Below are positions 44,758 through 54,474 of a DNA stretch of 64,000 nt, in pieces. Origin of the DNA: Synechococcus sp. (lineage in GTDB: Bacteria > Cyanobacteriota > Cyanobacteriia > PCC-6307 > Cyanobiaceae). The first letter of the stretch is position 1. Every line of letters begins with the position of its first letter. The stretch is from contig JBJBDL010000003.1 of assembly GCA_047285305.1 (NCBI GenBank), positions 1 through 64,000 of the forward strand. The letters run 5' to 3'. The notes beneath the pieces are model-generated. The model was not told the DNA's origin, did not search any database, and was given only the letters and a program-made list of their open reading frames with translations. A program made the translations under genes and the position numbers.

Positions 44758-45894
44758 TCAATAGCGTGGCATTGCTGGATCCACCTGCTGAGACCAGGCA
44801 TCAATTCCTCCGGTCACATTCGTGGCCTCGATGCCCTGCTGAGCCAAAAACTCAACAGCCCTAGCAGAGCGCCCCCCGAGCTTGCAGTGCACCAAAAGGC
44901 GCCGTCCCTCTGCCAATGCACGAACACGATCGATCGCTTCTCCACTCTCCAGCGAGGCCAACGGCACCAAGTGGCTTCCTTCAATCGAAGCCACCTCTGC
45001 TTCAGCAGGATTGCGCACATCAACCAGCGCAATCTCGTCTGGAGCGGAGTCGAGCAGGGCCTTCAGCTCCGTAACAGTGATGGCTTCCATCTCTGATGAC
45101 ACCGGACGGCAGAACTGGCGGTAGTCAATCAGTCTCTCAACTTTCGCTCTGTCGGAATCAACGCGAAGGGTGAGTTCGCGAAATCGCATCGCCAGGGCGT
45201 CAACCACCAGCAGCCGACCATCCAGGCATTCGCCAATGCCAGTGATCAGCTTGATCACTTCGGTGGCCTGAAGCAGACCGATCAGTCCCGGCATCACACC
45301 CATCACCCCCGCCTCCGAGCAGGACGGAACAGCGTCAGGCGGAGGTGGTTCCGGCAGCAGATCGCGGTAATTCGGGCTCGTCGGCGTGCGGTTGAACACG
45401 CTCACCTGGCCGACGAAGCGCTGCACGGAGCCATAGACGAGGGGCTTCCCAAGCAACACACAGGCGTCGTTGATCAGATACCGGCTGGGGAAGTTATCGG
45501 TGCCGTCACAGACCAGGTCGTAGTCAGCGATGAGGTCCAGGGCATTGCCCACATCCAGCATGTGTTGATGCACCTCCACCTGGCAGTGGGGGTTGAGGTC
45601 GTGGATCCGCGCTGCGGCTGAGCGGGCCTTGGAGCCGCCAACCCCGCTGGTGCTGTGAATCACCTGGCGCTGGAGATTGGACAGCTCAACCACATCACCA
45701 TCCACGATTCCGATACGGCCGACACCTGCAGCGGCCAGGTACAGCAGCAGGGGAGATCCAAGCCCCCCACTGCCAACACAAAGCACAGAAGCAGACTTCA
45801 ACCGGAGCTGACCGGCCGGACCAACCTCGGGAAGAATCAGATGGCGGGCGTAGCGCCCCCGCTCATCAGCACTCAGCATCGGTTGGTCTTGCAT
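44758..45894 (-). CDS. moeB: MoeB/ThiF adenylyltransferase fused to rhodanese
   Basis: RYARHL, GSGGLG, SNLQRQ, PSCSEAGV, HCKLGGRS. Confidence 0.9.
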   Translation of the reverse strand: MQDQPMLSADERGRYARHLILPEVGPAGQLRLKSASVLCVGSGGLGSPLLLYLAAAGVGRIGIVDGDVVELSNLQRQVIHSTSGVGGSKARSAAARIHDLNPHCQVEVHQHMLDVGNALDLIADYDLVCDGTDNFPSRYLINDACVLLGKPLVYGSVQRFVGQVSVFNRTPTSPNYRDLLPEPPPPDAVPSCSEAGVMGVMPGLIGLLQATEVIKLITGIGECLDGRLLVVDALAMRFRELTLRVDSDRAKVERLIDYRQFCRPVSSEMEAITVTELKALLDSAPDEIALVDVRNPAEAEVASIEGSHLVPLASLESGEAIDRVRALAEGRRLLVHCKLGGRSARAVEFLAQQGIEATNVTGGIDAWSQQVDPAMPRY

Positions 45895-46339
45895 CGTTGT
45901 GAGTGTCCCAGAGCTGAATCGGGATTTCATCGACACTGCGGTCCCCATGCAGCCACCAGGCCCGCAGGCCAAGCGAGGCAGAGAGGATCAGCATCAGGCT
46001 GTTCGTTTGTCCCAAGCGCCGATCCTGGGGCGAGGGAACGGGCGCGGACGCCGGATGGGAATGGGCCACCCCAAGACAACGTTGATGGCGATCCCGCGCC
46101 CATCGCTGGGCTGCCAACTGCTCCCTTGGATCCACAAGAAACCTGCTGCACCGGTCGTGGACAGGCTGCTGACGGAATGCCCCCCGTCCCCAGACATTGC
46201 AACAGGGCCAGGTCGTGGTCAGCCTCAAACACCCTGAATTAGTCCGTTGTCCAAGCAGCAAAGCGCAGCCTTCTTCGGGGTGGGGCGCCAACAAAATCCG
46301 GCCCAGATGCGTGTGACATCGGTGATCAATTTGAAGCAC
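45866..46339 (-). CDS. M67/JAB (Mov34) metallopeptidase
   Basis: PEEGCALL, HSHP, PSPQD JAMM motif. Confidence 0.85.
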   Translation of the reverse strand: MLQIDHRCHTHLGRILLAPHPEEGCALLLGQRTNSGCLRLTTTWPCCNVWGRGAFRQQPVHDRCSRFLVDPREQLAAQRWARDRHQRCLGVAHSHPASAPVPSPQDRRLGQTNSLMLILSASLGLRAWWLHGDRSVDEIPIQLWDTHNDARPTDAEC

Positions 46340-46403
46340 GGATGGCGTAGACCTCGTCGCACCGATACGCTCAGCTGAAATTGTGAAGGATTTAGTCGTT
46401 CTC

Positions 46404-46790
46404 ATGAGTGACGCCCCCACTGAAGTTAAGGATGCCGCCACAACTGTGACGACACCGCTCGAAACCCCTGCTCAGGAGGACACCACCTCCTTCGCTGAGC
46501 GCTACAGCGACGTGCTGGGCAAGGTGAACGACACGCTCGATCAGGTCGACTGGAGTCAGATGGGACGCATCGGCAAGATCGTCGGCATCTTTGCGGCCGT
46601 GATCATTGCCCAGATTCTGATCAAGGGAATCCTTGACACGATCAATCTGCTGCCGATCGTTCCGGGCCTGCTTGAACTGCTCGGCGTGGTCGTGGTGGGC
46701 CAATGGAGCTGGAAGAACCTCACCACCAGCGACAAGCGCAGTGCCCTAGTTCAGCGCGTTCAAACACTACGGAAGGAGTACCTGGGCTGA
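46404..46790 (+). CDS. CAAD-domain thylakoid curvature protein (CurT-like)
   Basis: ILDTINLLPIVPGLLELLG two-TM CAAD motif. Confidence 0.8.
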   Translation: MSDAPTEVKDAATTVTTPLETPAQEDTTSFAERYSDVLGKVNDTLDQVDWSQMGRIGKIVGIFAAVIIAQILIKGILDTINLLPIVPGLLELLGVVVVGQWSWKNLTTSDKRSALVQRVQTLRKEYLG

Positions 46791-46793
46791 TCT

Positions 46794-47681
46794 TCAAAGC
46801 CGCCGAGCCAGATCTTTGAGACTGGCTCGGCATTGGCTCAAATAACTCCCCCCAAACAAATTGGCGTGGTTAAGCAGGTGGTACAGGTTGTAGATCTCCA
46901 CCCGACCGTCAGCGCCTGCAGCTTCGGGGATCACGTCCCGATAACCCGAGCGGAAGGCTTCACTGAAACCGCCGAACAACCGGGTCATGGCCAGATCAAC
47001 TTCCCGATCAGCCCACCAGCTGGCGGGATCAAAAATGCTCCCCCGTCCATCGCTCAGGCTTGCAGCATTCCCACCCCAGAGATCACCGTGCACCAAAGCA
47101 GGACGCGGTTGATGCTCGTTCAGATGCTCTGCGAGGCGCAGCAACAACGGGTTGAGGTCCGTTGAATCCTGCTGAAACACATCAAGGATCTCGAGTTGAG
47201 GTCGCAGCCTGAGCTCCACGAAGGCTGATCCCCAGTCATCGCGCCACCCCCCCGGTTGAGGTCCAGCGCCAATGAAGCCGTCACGGTGCCAACCAAAACG
47301 AGCTGGGCTGGAGGCCATCGACGCCTGATGCAGCAGTGCCAAACCCCGTCCGAGAGCTGTTTGGTCGTTGCCACCGCAATCCAACCAGGGCAACAGCAGC
47401 ACCGAACCATGGGGCAATGCCGCCAGGGAGATGGGCTGCGGCACAACCAAGAACGAGGCATCGGCTTGGGCATGCAGGGCCTCAAGGGCCTCCGCCTCCA
47501 CCTCAAACAGGGGCAGCGCGCTGGCGCCACCACTTTTGGCAAACAGCACCTGGCCATCACCGAGGCACAGTTTCCAGGCCTGGTGGATGCAGCCCCCACC
47601 AACGGCGGAGACATCCGTGATGACAGCCCCCGCTAAAGGCCCATCCGCCGCAGTGAGATCCCGGCGCAGTTGGCTGTTCAT
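46794..47681 (-). CDS. Fructosamine kinase family protein
   Basis: VGGGCIH, LVHGDLWGGN, DPA, LYHLLNHANLFG. Confidence 0.88.
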   Translation of the reverse strand: MNSQLRRDLTAADGPLAGAVITDVSAVGGGCIHQAWKLCLGDGQVLFAKSGGASALPLFEVEAEALEALHAQADASFLVVPQPISLAALPHGSVLLLPWLDCGGNDQTALGRGLALLHQASMASSPARFGWHRDGFIGAGPQPGGWRDDWGSAFVELRLRPQLEILDVFQQDSTDLNPLLLRLAEHLNEHQPRPALVHGDLWGGNAASLSDGRGSIFDPASWWADREVDLAMTRLFGGFSEAFRSGYRDVIPEAAGADGRVEIYNLYHLLNHANLFGGSYLSQCRASLKDLARRL

Positions 47682-47708
47682 CCTCAGCAAGCCCACTGTC
47701 TTGCCAGC

Positions 47709-49235
47709 ATGACCCCGATTCATCAGGACGTCGTGAGCGATTCCAGCGTGATCGTGGTGGGCGGTGGGATCGCTGGCTTAACGGCAGCGGCACTCCTGTC
47801 ACACGATGGCGTCAACGTCACGCTGCTGGAAGCGCATCAACAACCGGGGGGGTGTGCCGGAACGTTCCGGCGTGGTCCATGGGTGTTCGATGTTGGGGCG
47901 ACCCAGGTCGCTGGGTTGGAACCCGGAGGCAGCCATGCACGACTGCTGAAGCATCTGAACATGCCTCTTCCCAGCGCAGAGCTTCTGGACCCAGGCTGTG
48001 TGGTCGACCTCGGCGATGGCTCCCCTCCCATTTCGCTATGGCATGACCCGGAAGCCTGGGCCGCTGAACGTGAGCGTCAATTTCCGGGCAGCCGCCGCTT
48101 CTGGAGCCTTTGCCATCAGTTGCATTCCAGCAACTGGCAGTTCGCCAGCCAGGACCCCGTAGTGACACCGCGTTCCCTCTGGGATCTCGGCACATTGCTG
48201 GGGGCCCTGCGGCCCGCAACACTGGCATCGGGACTGTTCACAGGTCTGACCATTGCCGATCTGTTGCAGCTGTGTGGGTGCGGTGACGATCAACGGCTGC
48301 GGTGCTTTCTCGACCTCCAGCTGAAGCTGTACTCCCAGGAAACGGCCGATCGCACGGCGGCGCTGTACGGCGCAACCGTCCTGCACATGGCCCAAGCACC
48401 GCTCGGGCTCTGGCATCTAGAGGGATCGATGCAGGTGTTGAGCAATCAGCTGGTGGCCGCCATTGAGCGCGACGGCGGGACGGTGCTGATGAAGCATCGG
48501 GTCACCAAGCTGCAGCCCAGCTCATCCGGTTGGCAGGTGACGATCAGCACCGGCAAAGGCACGGAACACCAATGCAGCAGCCGGGATGTGGTCTGCAGCC
48601 TGCCCCCCCAGTGTCTGCTGGAGCTGATCGAACCGGATCAGCTGCCGAAGGGGTACCGAAAGCGACTGGACAATCTGCATGAACCGAGTGGTGCGCTGGT
48701 GCTCTACGGAGCGGTGCGGCGTGATTCGCTCCCACATCCCTGCCCAGGCCATCTCCAGCGGGGCTGCGCATCCCCGGGGCCTCTGTTCGTCTCCATCAGC
48801 CGCGAAGGCGATGGGCGTGCGCCCCAGGGGCAGGCCACCTTGATTGCCAGCGTGTTCACCCCAACGGGCGACTGGTGCCGCTTGCCGGAGCCGGACTACC
48901 AACAGCGCAAAACAGAGATGCTGAACCTGATCCAAGCCGAGCTGAACCGCTGGCTGTCGCTAGAGGACGACGCCTGGTTGCACGCTGAACTGGCAACACC
49001 ACGGGGCTTCGCCGGTTGGACGGGCCGTCCCAATGGCATGGTCGGGGGCCTTGGGCAGCATCCAAGCCGGTTCGGCCCCTTCGGCCTGGCAGGACGAACG
49101 CCCATGCCGGGTCTTTGGCTCTGCGGCGACAGCCTCCATCCTGGCGAGGGCACAGCAGGGGTGAGCCTTTCAGCACTCAATGCCTGCCGTCAGCTCAGGG
49201 CCGAGCGGGGACAACCGCTCAGCTTCCGGAGCTGA
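47709..49235 (+). CDS. crtD: Carotenoid C-3',4' desaturase CrtD-like FAD oxidoreductase
   Basis: GGGIAGL, FDVGATQVAGLEPGG, GDSLHPGEGTAGV. Confidence 0.8.
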   Translation: MTPIHQDVVSDSSVIVVGGGIAGLTAAALLSHDGVNVTLLEAHQQPGGCAGTFRRGPWVFDVGATQVAGLEPGGSHARLLKHLNMPLPSAELLDPGCVVDLGDGSPPISLWHDPEAWAAERERQFPGSRRFWSLCHQLHSSNWQFASQDPVVTPRSLWDLGTLLGALRPATLASGLFTGLTIADLLQLCGCGDDQRLRCFLDLQLKLYSQETADRTAALYGATVLHMAQAPLGLWHLEGSMQVLSNQLVAAIERDGGTVLMKHRVTKLQPSSSGWQVTISTGKGTEHQCSSRDVVCSLPPQCLLELIEPDQLPKGYRKRLDNLHEPSGALVLYGAVRRDSLPHPCPGHLQRGCASPGPLFVSISREGDGRAPQGQATLIASVFTPTGDWCRLPEPDYQQRKTEMLNLIQAELNRWLSLEDDAWLHAELATPRGFAGWTGRPNGMVGGLGQHPSRFGPFGLAGRTPMPGLWLCGDSLHPGEGTAGVSLSALNACRQLRAERGQPLSFRS

Positions 49236-50100
49236 CCTCCCCCGGTGCCCTCAAAAAATCCGGGCGCAGGGTCTGCGTTCGGCGCAGTTCCAACTCGAGC
49301 TGAGACCAATTTTGCTGGAGCACGGCATCTTCGAGCTGCTCCAGGCTCCAGCGGTAGGCCGCCAAGCCGCGCAACACCGCATCCCTATTCGTGGATGACA
49401 TCGCCACCCCCAGCTCGGGATTCCCTCCACCCACACGACTGGTGTCGGCAAAGCCACTGGACGCCAGCACCATGGCCAGCTGCCGGATCTCCGGATCCCG
49501 TTCATCGCCCACTGCCCGCAGCAGTGCAGCACTCACCAGCACCGGCATGTGGGAAATCAGCGCCACAGCCTGGTCGTGCTGGGACGCGGTGGACGTCAAC
49601 CAATGGCCACCCACACTGACGGCCAGATCGCGAATCTGGGCCAGGGCAGCGGGGTCTGTTGCCGCATCAGGAGTCGCGATCCAAGGGCGACCACGGAACA
49701 GATCCACCACCCCGGCGTCAACGCCCGCCTGAGCTGTGCCTGCCATGGGGTGACTGGCCACAAAGCGTGGATGCCGCTGGCGCCAAGCCTCCAACACAGG
49801 CTGTTTGACCGAACCGACATCCGTGATCACCGCTGCTTCAGGCAGGGCGGCAATGAGTTCATCCGGCGGGTTCAGCAGCAAGGGAATGGGCAACGCCAGG
49901 ATCACCAGGTCGCAATCCGAGAGGCAGCTGGGATCGGTCGACACCGCTCCCACCAGCCCTCGGGCCATGGCGCGATCCGCCGTGGCCTGGCGATGCACGA
50001 GGCCCTGCACCGTCCAGCCCCGCGCCTGAAGATCCAGCCCAAGGGATCCCCCGATCAAGCCAAGGCCAACGATCCCCACACGTCCCGGTTGCACCGCCAT
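49219..50100 (-). CDS. tyrA: Prephenate/arogenate dehydrogenase
   Basis: GLGLIGGS, DVGSVK, HPMAG, ISHMP, GFADTSR. Confidence 0.92.
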   Translation of the reverse strand: MAVQPGRVGIVGLGLIGGSLGLDLQARGWTVQGLVHRQATADRAMARGLVGAVSTDPSCLSDCDLVILALPIPLLLNPPDELIAALPEAAVITDVGSVKQPVLEAWRQRHPRFVASHPMAGTAQAGVDAGVVDLFRGRPWIATPDAATDPAALAQIRDLAVSVGGHWLTSTASQHDQAVALISHMPVLVSAALLRAVGDERDPEIRQLAMVLASSGFADTSRVGGGNPELGVAMSSTNRDAVLRGLAAYRWSLEQLEDAVLQQNWSQLELELRRTQTLRPDFLRAPGEVSSGS

Positions 50101-50183
50101 CCCTCCCGCAGGGTCGTGAAGCCATGTTGATGGATGGATTGCCATGAACCAATCGCCAGGGGAGCCCTGCTTAGGGTTTAACG

Positions 50184-51629
50184 ATGTTGGAAGCCCAGGC
50201 CCACCACCAGATCAAAACCCTGCTCCGTCAGGAGGAATCGGACTGGCCCCACCACCTGACACTGAGCCGGCTGGTGGCACGAAGCCTGAGGCGTCGCGAC
50301 ACTACCCTCGTCCAACTCCCCCCCAGCAGCAGCGAACGCTGGTGGCTCGGTCTGCTGGTGCCGCTGTGTCTGGCTCCCGAAGCGGGGGCACTGGTTCTGA
50401 CGGCCCCCCAGCGCCGGCGTCTGCTCCAGCTGGAATTGCCCCGACTCCGCAACCAGGGCCTGAGGCTCCCCTGCTGGCAGGGAGCGACGCCTCCGCAGGG
50501 TCCACAGCTCTGGCTGATGGATGTTGGCGAGCTGATTCAGGCCCATCGCGACGGGCACTTGGGCCAACGGCAACTGCTGATCCCGGAGATGGATCAGTTG
50601 AACCGGCGGATGCGCAACGCTCTCACCTTGGAGATCGAGCATCAGCACTGGGATGAGCTGCGCCAAGCCTGTCCCCAGGCGGAATCCGGATTGATGGAGC
50701 TGCATGACCGCATGAGCCGCCAGCTGTTCGCTGATGCCACGAGGCCAGATGGCGCAGTGCGACTCGAAGGCTCAGCCGGGCAGGCCCTGCGTGACCTACT
50801 CCAGCTGATGCCAGCCAGCCCTGAACCGTGGAACACCCTTCGGAGCATCAATCCAGCGGAATGGAGTCAGTGGGCCGAACTGGATCACCGGCTGCTCCAG
50901 TGGCGCTGGAAGCTGGCCCCCCTCGAACCACTCCAACTGCTGCGAGGGGTGCTGCGGAATCACCCCTGCCTGATGTTCAGCAGCAATGGAGACAACGCCA
51001 GGATTGATCTGGAATTTGAACAGGCCGGCGTTGTCCCGGACGTGCGGGCAACACTGCGGGAACGGGAGCTGAATGAACCGCTCCCCCTCTATGCCCCGCG
51101 TCGCCAGCCGCTGCCAAACACCCGGATCTACGCCCAACATCTCCTGGAGGAGAGCAGAAGGCTCATCCTTGGCCAGGCGGGGCTCACCCTTGTTCTGATC
51201 AATGACGACCAGCTGCGTCGGCAGCTGACCAGCTCCCTTGCTGCGGAATTTGGACGCCGTGTGGTGCATGAGTCGACAGCACCCGAAAGCAATGGCGTGG
51301 TGACCTGCACTTGGGACTGGTGGCTGGAGCATCAAGAGCAGCTGCCAGCCCCAGCACAGCTAATTGTCGGCATGCTCCCCATCGCCAGCCTGGACAATCC
51401 GCTCACCTCGGCTCGAGTGGAGCGGTTGAAACAGCAGGGAGAGGACTGGTTCCGCACCCTGCTGCTGCCGGAAGCCCTGAGCCTGATCCCTGCCACCATT
51501 GCGCCGCTGCGCCGCAGTGGTGGTCGCCTGGCCATCCTCGATGGCCGCCTCCGAGGGCGCAGTTGGGGGGATCAGGTGCTGAATCGACTGGAACCTTGGA
51601 TTCCGTTGCAACGACTGCTGCCGGAGTGA
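50184..51629 (+). CDS. DinG-like helicase C-terminal domain protein
   Basis: C-terminal GRLAILDGRL DinG motif; N-terminal ATPase motifs degenerate. Confidence 0.7.
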   Translation: MLEAQAHHQIKTLLRQEESDWPHHLTLSRLVARSLRRRDTTLVQLPPSSSERWWLGLLVPLCLAPEAGALVLTAPQRRRLLQLELPRLRNQGLRLPCWQGATPPQGPQLWLMDVGELIQAHRDGHLGQRQLLIPEMDQLNRRMRNALTLEIEHQHWDELRQACPQAESGLMELHDRMSRQLFADATRPDGAVRLEGSAGQALRDLLQLMPASPEPWNTLRSINPAEWSQWAELDHRLLQWRWKLAPLEPLQLLRGVLRNHPCLMFSSNGDNARIDLEFEQAGVVPDVRATLRERELNEPLPLYAPRRQPLPNTRIYAQHLLEESRRLILGQAGLTLVLINDDQLRRQLTSSLAAEFGRRVVHESTAPESNGVVTCTWDWWLEHQEQLPAPAQLIVGMLPIASLDNPLTSARVERLKQQGEDWFRTLLLPEALSLIPATIAPLRRSGGRLAILDGRLRGRSWGDQVLNRLEPWIPLQRLLPE

Positions 51630-51664
51630 ACAACACCTAACCTCCCTGCAACGCTCTGAAGTGA

Positions 51665-51913
51665 ATGGGAGAAGCACGCCGCCGAGCTGCCCAGGGCTTA
51701 CCCCCTCGTCAGCCCAAGGCCAGCACCAAAGCTGTGGACACCTCCCCACGGGTGGTGTCCTGGCTGCCGCTGACCCGCAATCAGACGCAGCAGTTCATGG
51801 CGGTGACCACCCGCGGCGCCTGGATCGGAATCGGAGGGATGGTGGTGCTCTGGATCACGGTGCGCTTCATCGGCCCAGCGGCCGGTTGGTGGACGCTTGC
51901 AGATACCCCCTGA
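51665..51913 (+). CDS. DUF2839-family membrane protein
   Basis: MGEARRR...GAWIGIG...VRFIGP. Confidence 0.8.
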   Translation: MGEARRRAAQGLPPRQPKASTKAVDTSPRVVSWLPLTRNQTQQFMAVTTRGAWIGIGGMVVLWITVRFIGPAAGWWTLADTP

Positions 51914-51983
51914 GCAACCGGCTCAGCCGAACAAACGAAAACAAAAGAAAACCTTTAGACTGGGTCTCAATGGAGACTCAGTT

Positions 51984-52328
51984 ATGTTTCCGCGTCTAGC
52001 CGAGCACTATCGATCCGTCGTCGAAGACCTGGTGATGAGCCTGCAGGCCCTCGCCAGCAGCCTCCAAAGCGCGGGCTTCACAGCCACTTGTTACTCCTGT
52101 GGCGACGGCCGCGATGGCCATGGAGCTTCGTTTGTGGCTGACATCGGCGATGGCCACATGGTGCGCTTTCTTGTCTCCGACTTCGGCATCAGCTGGGTGG
52201 AATCCCGCAACGGCCGAGAACTGGTGAAACTGGAGGGAGCCGAAGCCATCCAGGAATTGCAGCGGATGGCCGATTTGGCCCAGGAGGGCCAGGTCCGCGC
52301 CATGCAGTCCCTGGCCCAGGCGGCCTGA
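51984..52328 (+). CDS. DUF1815-family protein
   Basis: DLVMSLQALA, ATCYSC, RFLVSDFGISW, KLEGAEAIQEL. Confidence 0.8.
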   Translation: MFPRLAEHYRSVVEDLVMSLQALASSLQSAGFTATCYSCGDGRDGHGASFVADIGDGHMVRFLVSDFGISWVESRNGRELVKLEGAEAIQELQRMADLAQEGQVRAMQSLAQAA

Positions 52329-52330
52329 AA

Positions 52331-53455
52331 TCAGGCCGCCGCCTCTGAGGCCTTGGCCGGAGCCGACTTATCGGCAGCAGCCGCCTTCGCAGCGGCGGCC
52401 AAAGGCCGCATGGAATTCGACTTCACCTCAGAGCCCTCCGTCAGCTTTTGACGCACCAGCGTTTCGATGGTGGCTGTTGCATCCAGGTTCTCCTCCATCC
52501 AGGTGATGGTGTTGTCGCGACCCTGACCGATGTTGTCTCCCTCGTAGCTGTACCAGGCGCCCTTACGGACAACAACACCCGTTTCTTCAGCCAGATCCAG
52601 CAGACAGCCCAGGGTGCTGATGCCGCGGCCAAAGAGAATGTCGAATTCGGCAATGCGGAAGGGTGGCGCCACCTTGTTTTTCGCCACTTTCACCTTGGCC
52701 CTGATGCCGAATTCCTCTGTTCCCTTCTTGAGGGTCTGAATCCGACGGATGTCGAGGCGAACCGAGGCATAGAACTTGAGCGCGTTGCCTCCAGTGGTGG
52801 TCTCTGGATTGCCGTAGGTCACACCAATCTTGAGACGCAGCTGGTTGAGGAAGATGACGGTGCAACCCGACTTGCCGATGTTGCCGGTGATCTTCCGCAT
52901 CGCCTGACTCATCAGACGCGCCTGGGCGCCAACCGCCAGATCTCCCATCTCACCTTCGATCTCAGCGCGGGGGGTGAGGGCAGCCACCGAGTCGACAACG
53001 ACCAGATCCACCGCCGCCGATCGCACCAGTTGATCAACGATCTCCAGCGCCATCTCGCCGGTGTCGGGCTGAGAGACCAGCAGGTTCTCCACATCAACGC
53101 CCAGAGAAGCGGCATAAACGGGATCCAGGGCATGCTCCGCATCCACGAAGGCCGCCACACCACCACGCTTCTGCACTTCAGCGATCGCGTGCAGCGTGAG
53201 CGTGGTTTTACCGGAACTTTCCGGGCCGTAAATCTCCACCACGCGGCCCTTCGGGTATCCACCACCCAAAGCGAGATCAAGGGTCAGCGCACCGGTGGAA
53301 ATCGTCTCCACCCGCATGCGGGAGGCATCGCCCAGCCGCATGATCGATCCCTTGCCGAAGTTGCGCTCGATCTGACCCAGCACCAGATTCAGCGCCTTGT
53401 CCCTCTCGCCGGAGGAACGGGGATCGGAAGCGCCGGATTTCATATCTGCAGGCAT
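52331..53455 (-). CDS. recA: Recombinase A
   Basis: [24 protein letters not shown]. Confidence 0.98.
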   Translation of the reverse strand: MPADMKSGASDPRSSGERDKALNLVLGQIERNFGKGSIMRLGDASRMRVETISTGALTLDLALGGGYPKGRVVEIYGPESSGKTTLTLHAIAEVQKRGGVAAFVDAEHALDPVYAASLGVDVENLLVSQPDTGEMALEIVDQLVRSAAVDLVVVDSVAALTPRAEIEGEMGDLAVGAQARLMSQAMRKITGNIGKSGCTVIFLNQLRLKIGVTYGNPETTTGGNALKFYASVRLDIRRIQTLKKGTEEFGIRAKVKVAKNKVAPPFRIAEFDILFGRGISTLGCLLDLAEETGVVVRKGAWYSYEGDNIGQGRDNTITWMEENLDATATIETLVRQKLTEGSEVKSNSMRPLAAAAKAAAADKSAPAKASEAAA

Positions 53456-53519
53456 GAAAAGGACCTGAAACTAAGGAACGAGAGATCCAATGCCACAGAA
53501 GCGCCGAATCGTCTCAAGT

Positions 53520-53533
53520 AGTACAAGCGTACC
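53520..53533. promoter_or_regulatory. Cyanobacterial LexA (SOS) box upstream of recA
   Basis: AGTAC-AAGC-GTACC, near-palindromic match to AGTAC-N4-GTACT, 65 bp upstream of recA. Confidence 0.75.
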
Positions 53534-53541
53534 GTAACGAA

Positions 53542-54291
53542 TCAGGGCCATTGCGCCAGGGGGGCCCGAAAACGATCTGGATGGAGCAGGGCAATGCCTG
53601 AGGGAAGACCGCTCTGATCCTGCGGGCGAAGATAGCCCCAACTCACCAGAAAACAGGGCAACTTTTCTAACCCTGGGGTTAAGCGCACCGCCTCCAGCGT
53701 CGGCCGGCGGTCTTCCACGAAGCCACACAGCCTTCGCTGCTGCTGAAGCTGACGCAGAACCTGAGGCTTGGCGCCAGCCTCACGGCCATCCAGGCGCCAA
53801 GGATGCAGGCCAAGGCTGTTCAGCAGTTCAGCTGTGAAGGCCTGGGTTTTGGTGGTCAGAACAGACCAGTCCACCCCCTCAGCCTCCAATCGCTGCAGCC
53901 GCTCCACCAGACCGGGGAAAGGTCGATGCAGCGCCAACCAAGCCGAACGGTTCTGCTGAACGGCTTGATCTCTGGCGTCATCGAGGGCCGCCTGAAGCTG
54001 CTCCGGCCGCCATCCACGCCGTTGCAGTGCCGAGGCCTGCGCCTCCCCATAGGAGTCCAGCCAATCCTGAAGCTTCAGCACCGGCAGCTCCGCGGCCAGC
54101 AGAACCATCTCCCAACCGTGATGCACCCACGGCCGCAGCTGTCGGAAGGCGTCAGGCACCCGATCAGGCGTCAAGCCCTCTGGAGCAGCCTCAAGGCGAC
54201 GACAGGCATGCCAGGCACTCCACCAGTACTCCGCCATGCCATCAACGATGACCCCGTCGAAGTCGAAGACCAGGAGGGGGCGATCATTCAT
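53542..54291 (-). CDS. HAD-superfamily hydrolase
   Basis: FDFDGVIVD, LTTK, FVEDR, WGY. Confidence 0.85.
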   Translation of the reverse strand: MNDRPLLVFDFDGVIVDGMAEYWWSAWHACRRLEAAPEGLTPDRVPDAFRQLRPWVHHGWEMVLLAAELPVLKLQDWLDSYGEAQASALQRRGWRPEQLQAALDDARDQAVQQNRSAWLALHRPFPGLVERLQRLEAEGVDWSVLTTKTQAFTAELLNSLGLHPWRLDGREAGAKPQVLRQLQQQRRLCGFVEDRRPTLEAVRLTPGLEKLPCFLVSWGYLRPQDQSGLPSGIALLHPDRFRAPLAQWP

Positions 54292-54300
54292 GGACAAAAA

Positions 54301-54372
54301 CTGGGCCGCTAGGATTCGAACCTAGGAATGGCGGGACCAAAACCCGCTGCCTTACCACTTGGCGACGGCCCA
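54301..54372 (-). tRNA. tRNA-Gln(TTG)
   Basis: TGGGCCGTCGCCAAGTGGTAAGGCAGCGGGTTTTGGTCCCGCC...GTTCGAATC. Confidence 0.95.
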
Positions 54373-54474
54373 TCGATCCGTTTGAACCGCGACCTGCGGA
54401 TCACCGGAGTACACATAGTTACCCACAGCAGCCAACCCTTCGTCAATCCACCGGGCGAACCAACCGACGGCCGA

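Noticed and set aside
44758..46339. E1-like plus JAB pair as a CBASS or Bil-type anti-phage system
   Set aside because: No cyclase, E2 or effector; the MoeB-rhodanese fusion and core-like composition indicate housekeeping sulfur transfer.
25094..54372. tRNA-Cys, tRNA-Arg and tRNA-Gln as island integration sites
   Set aside because: No duplicated tRNA 3' ends, integrases or compositional shifts seen next to them.
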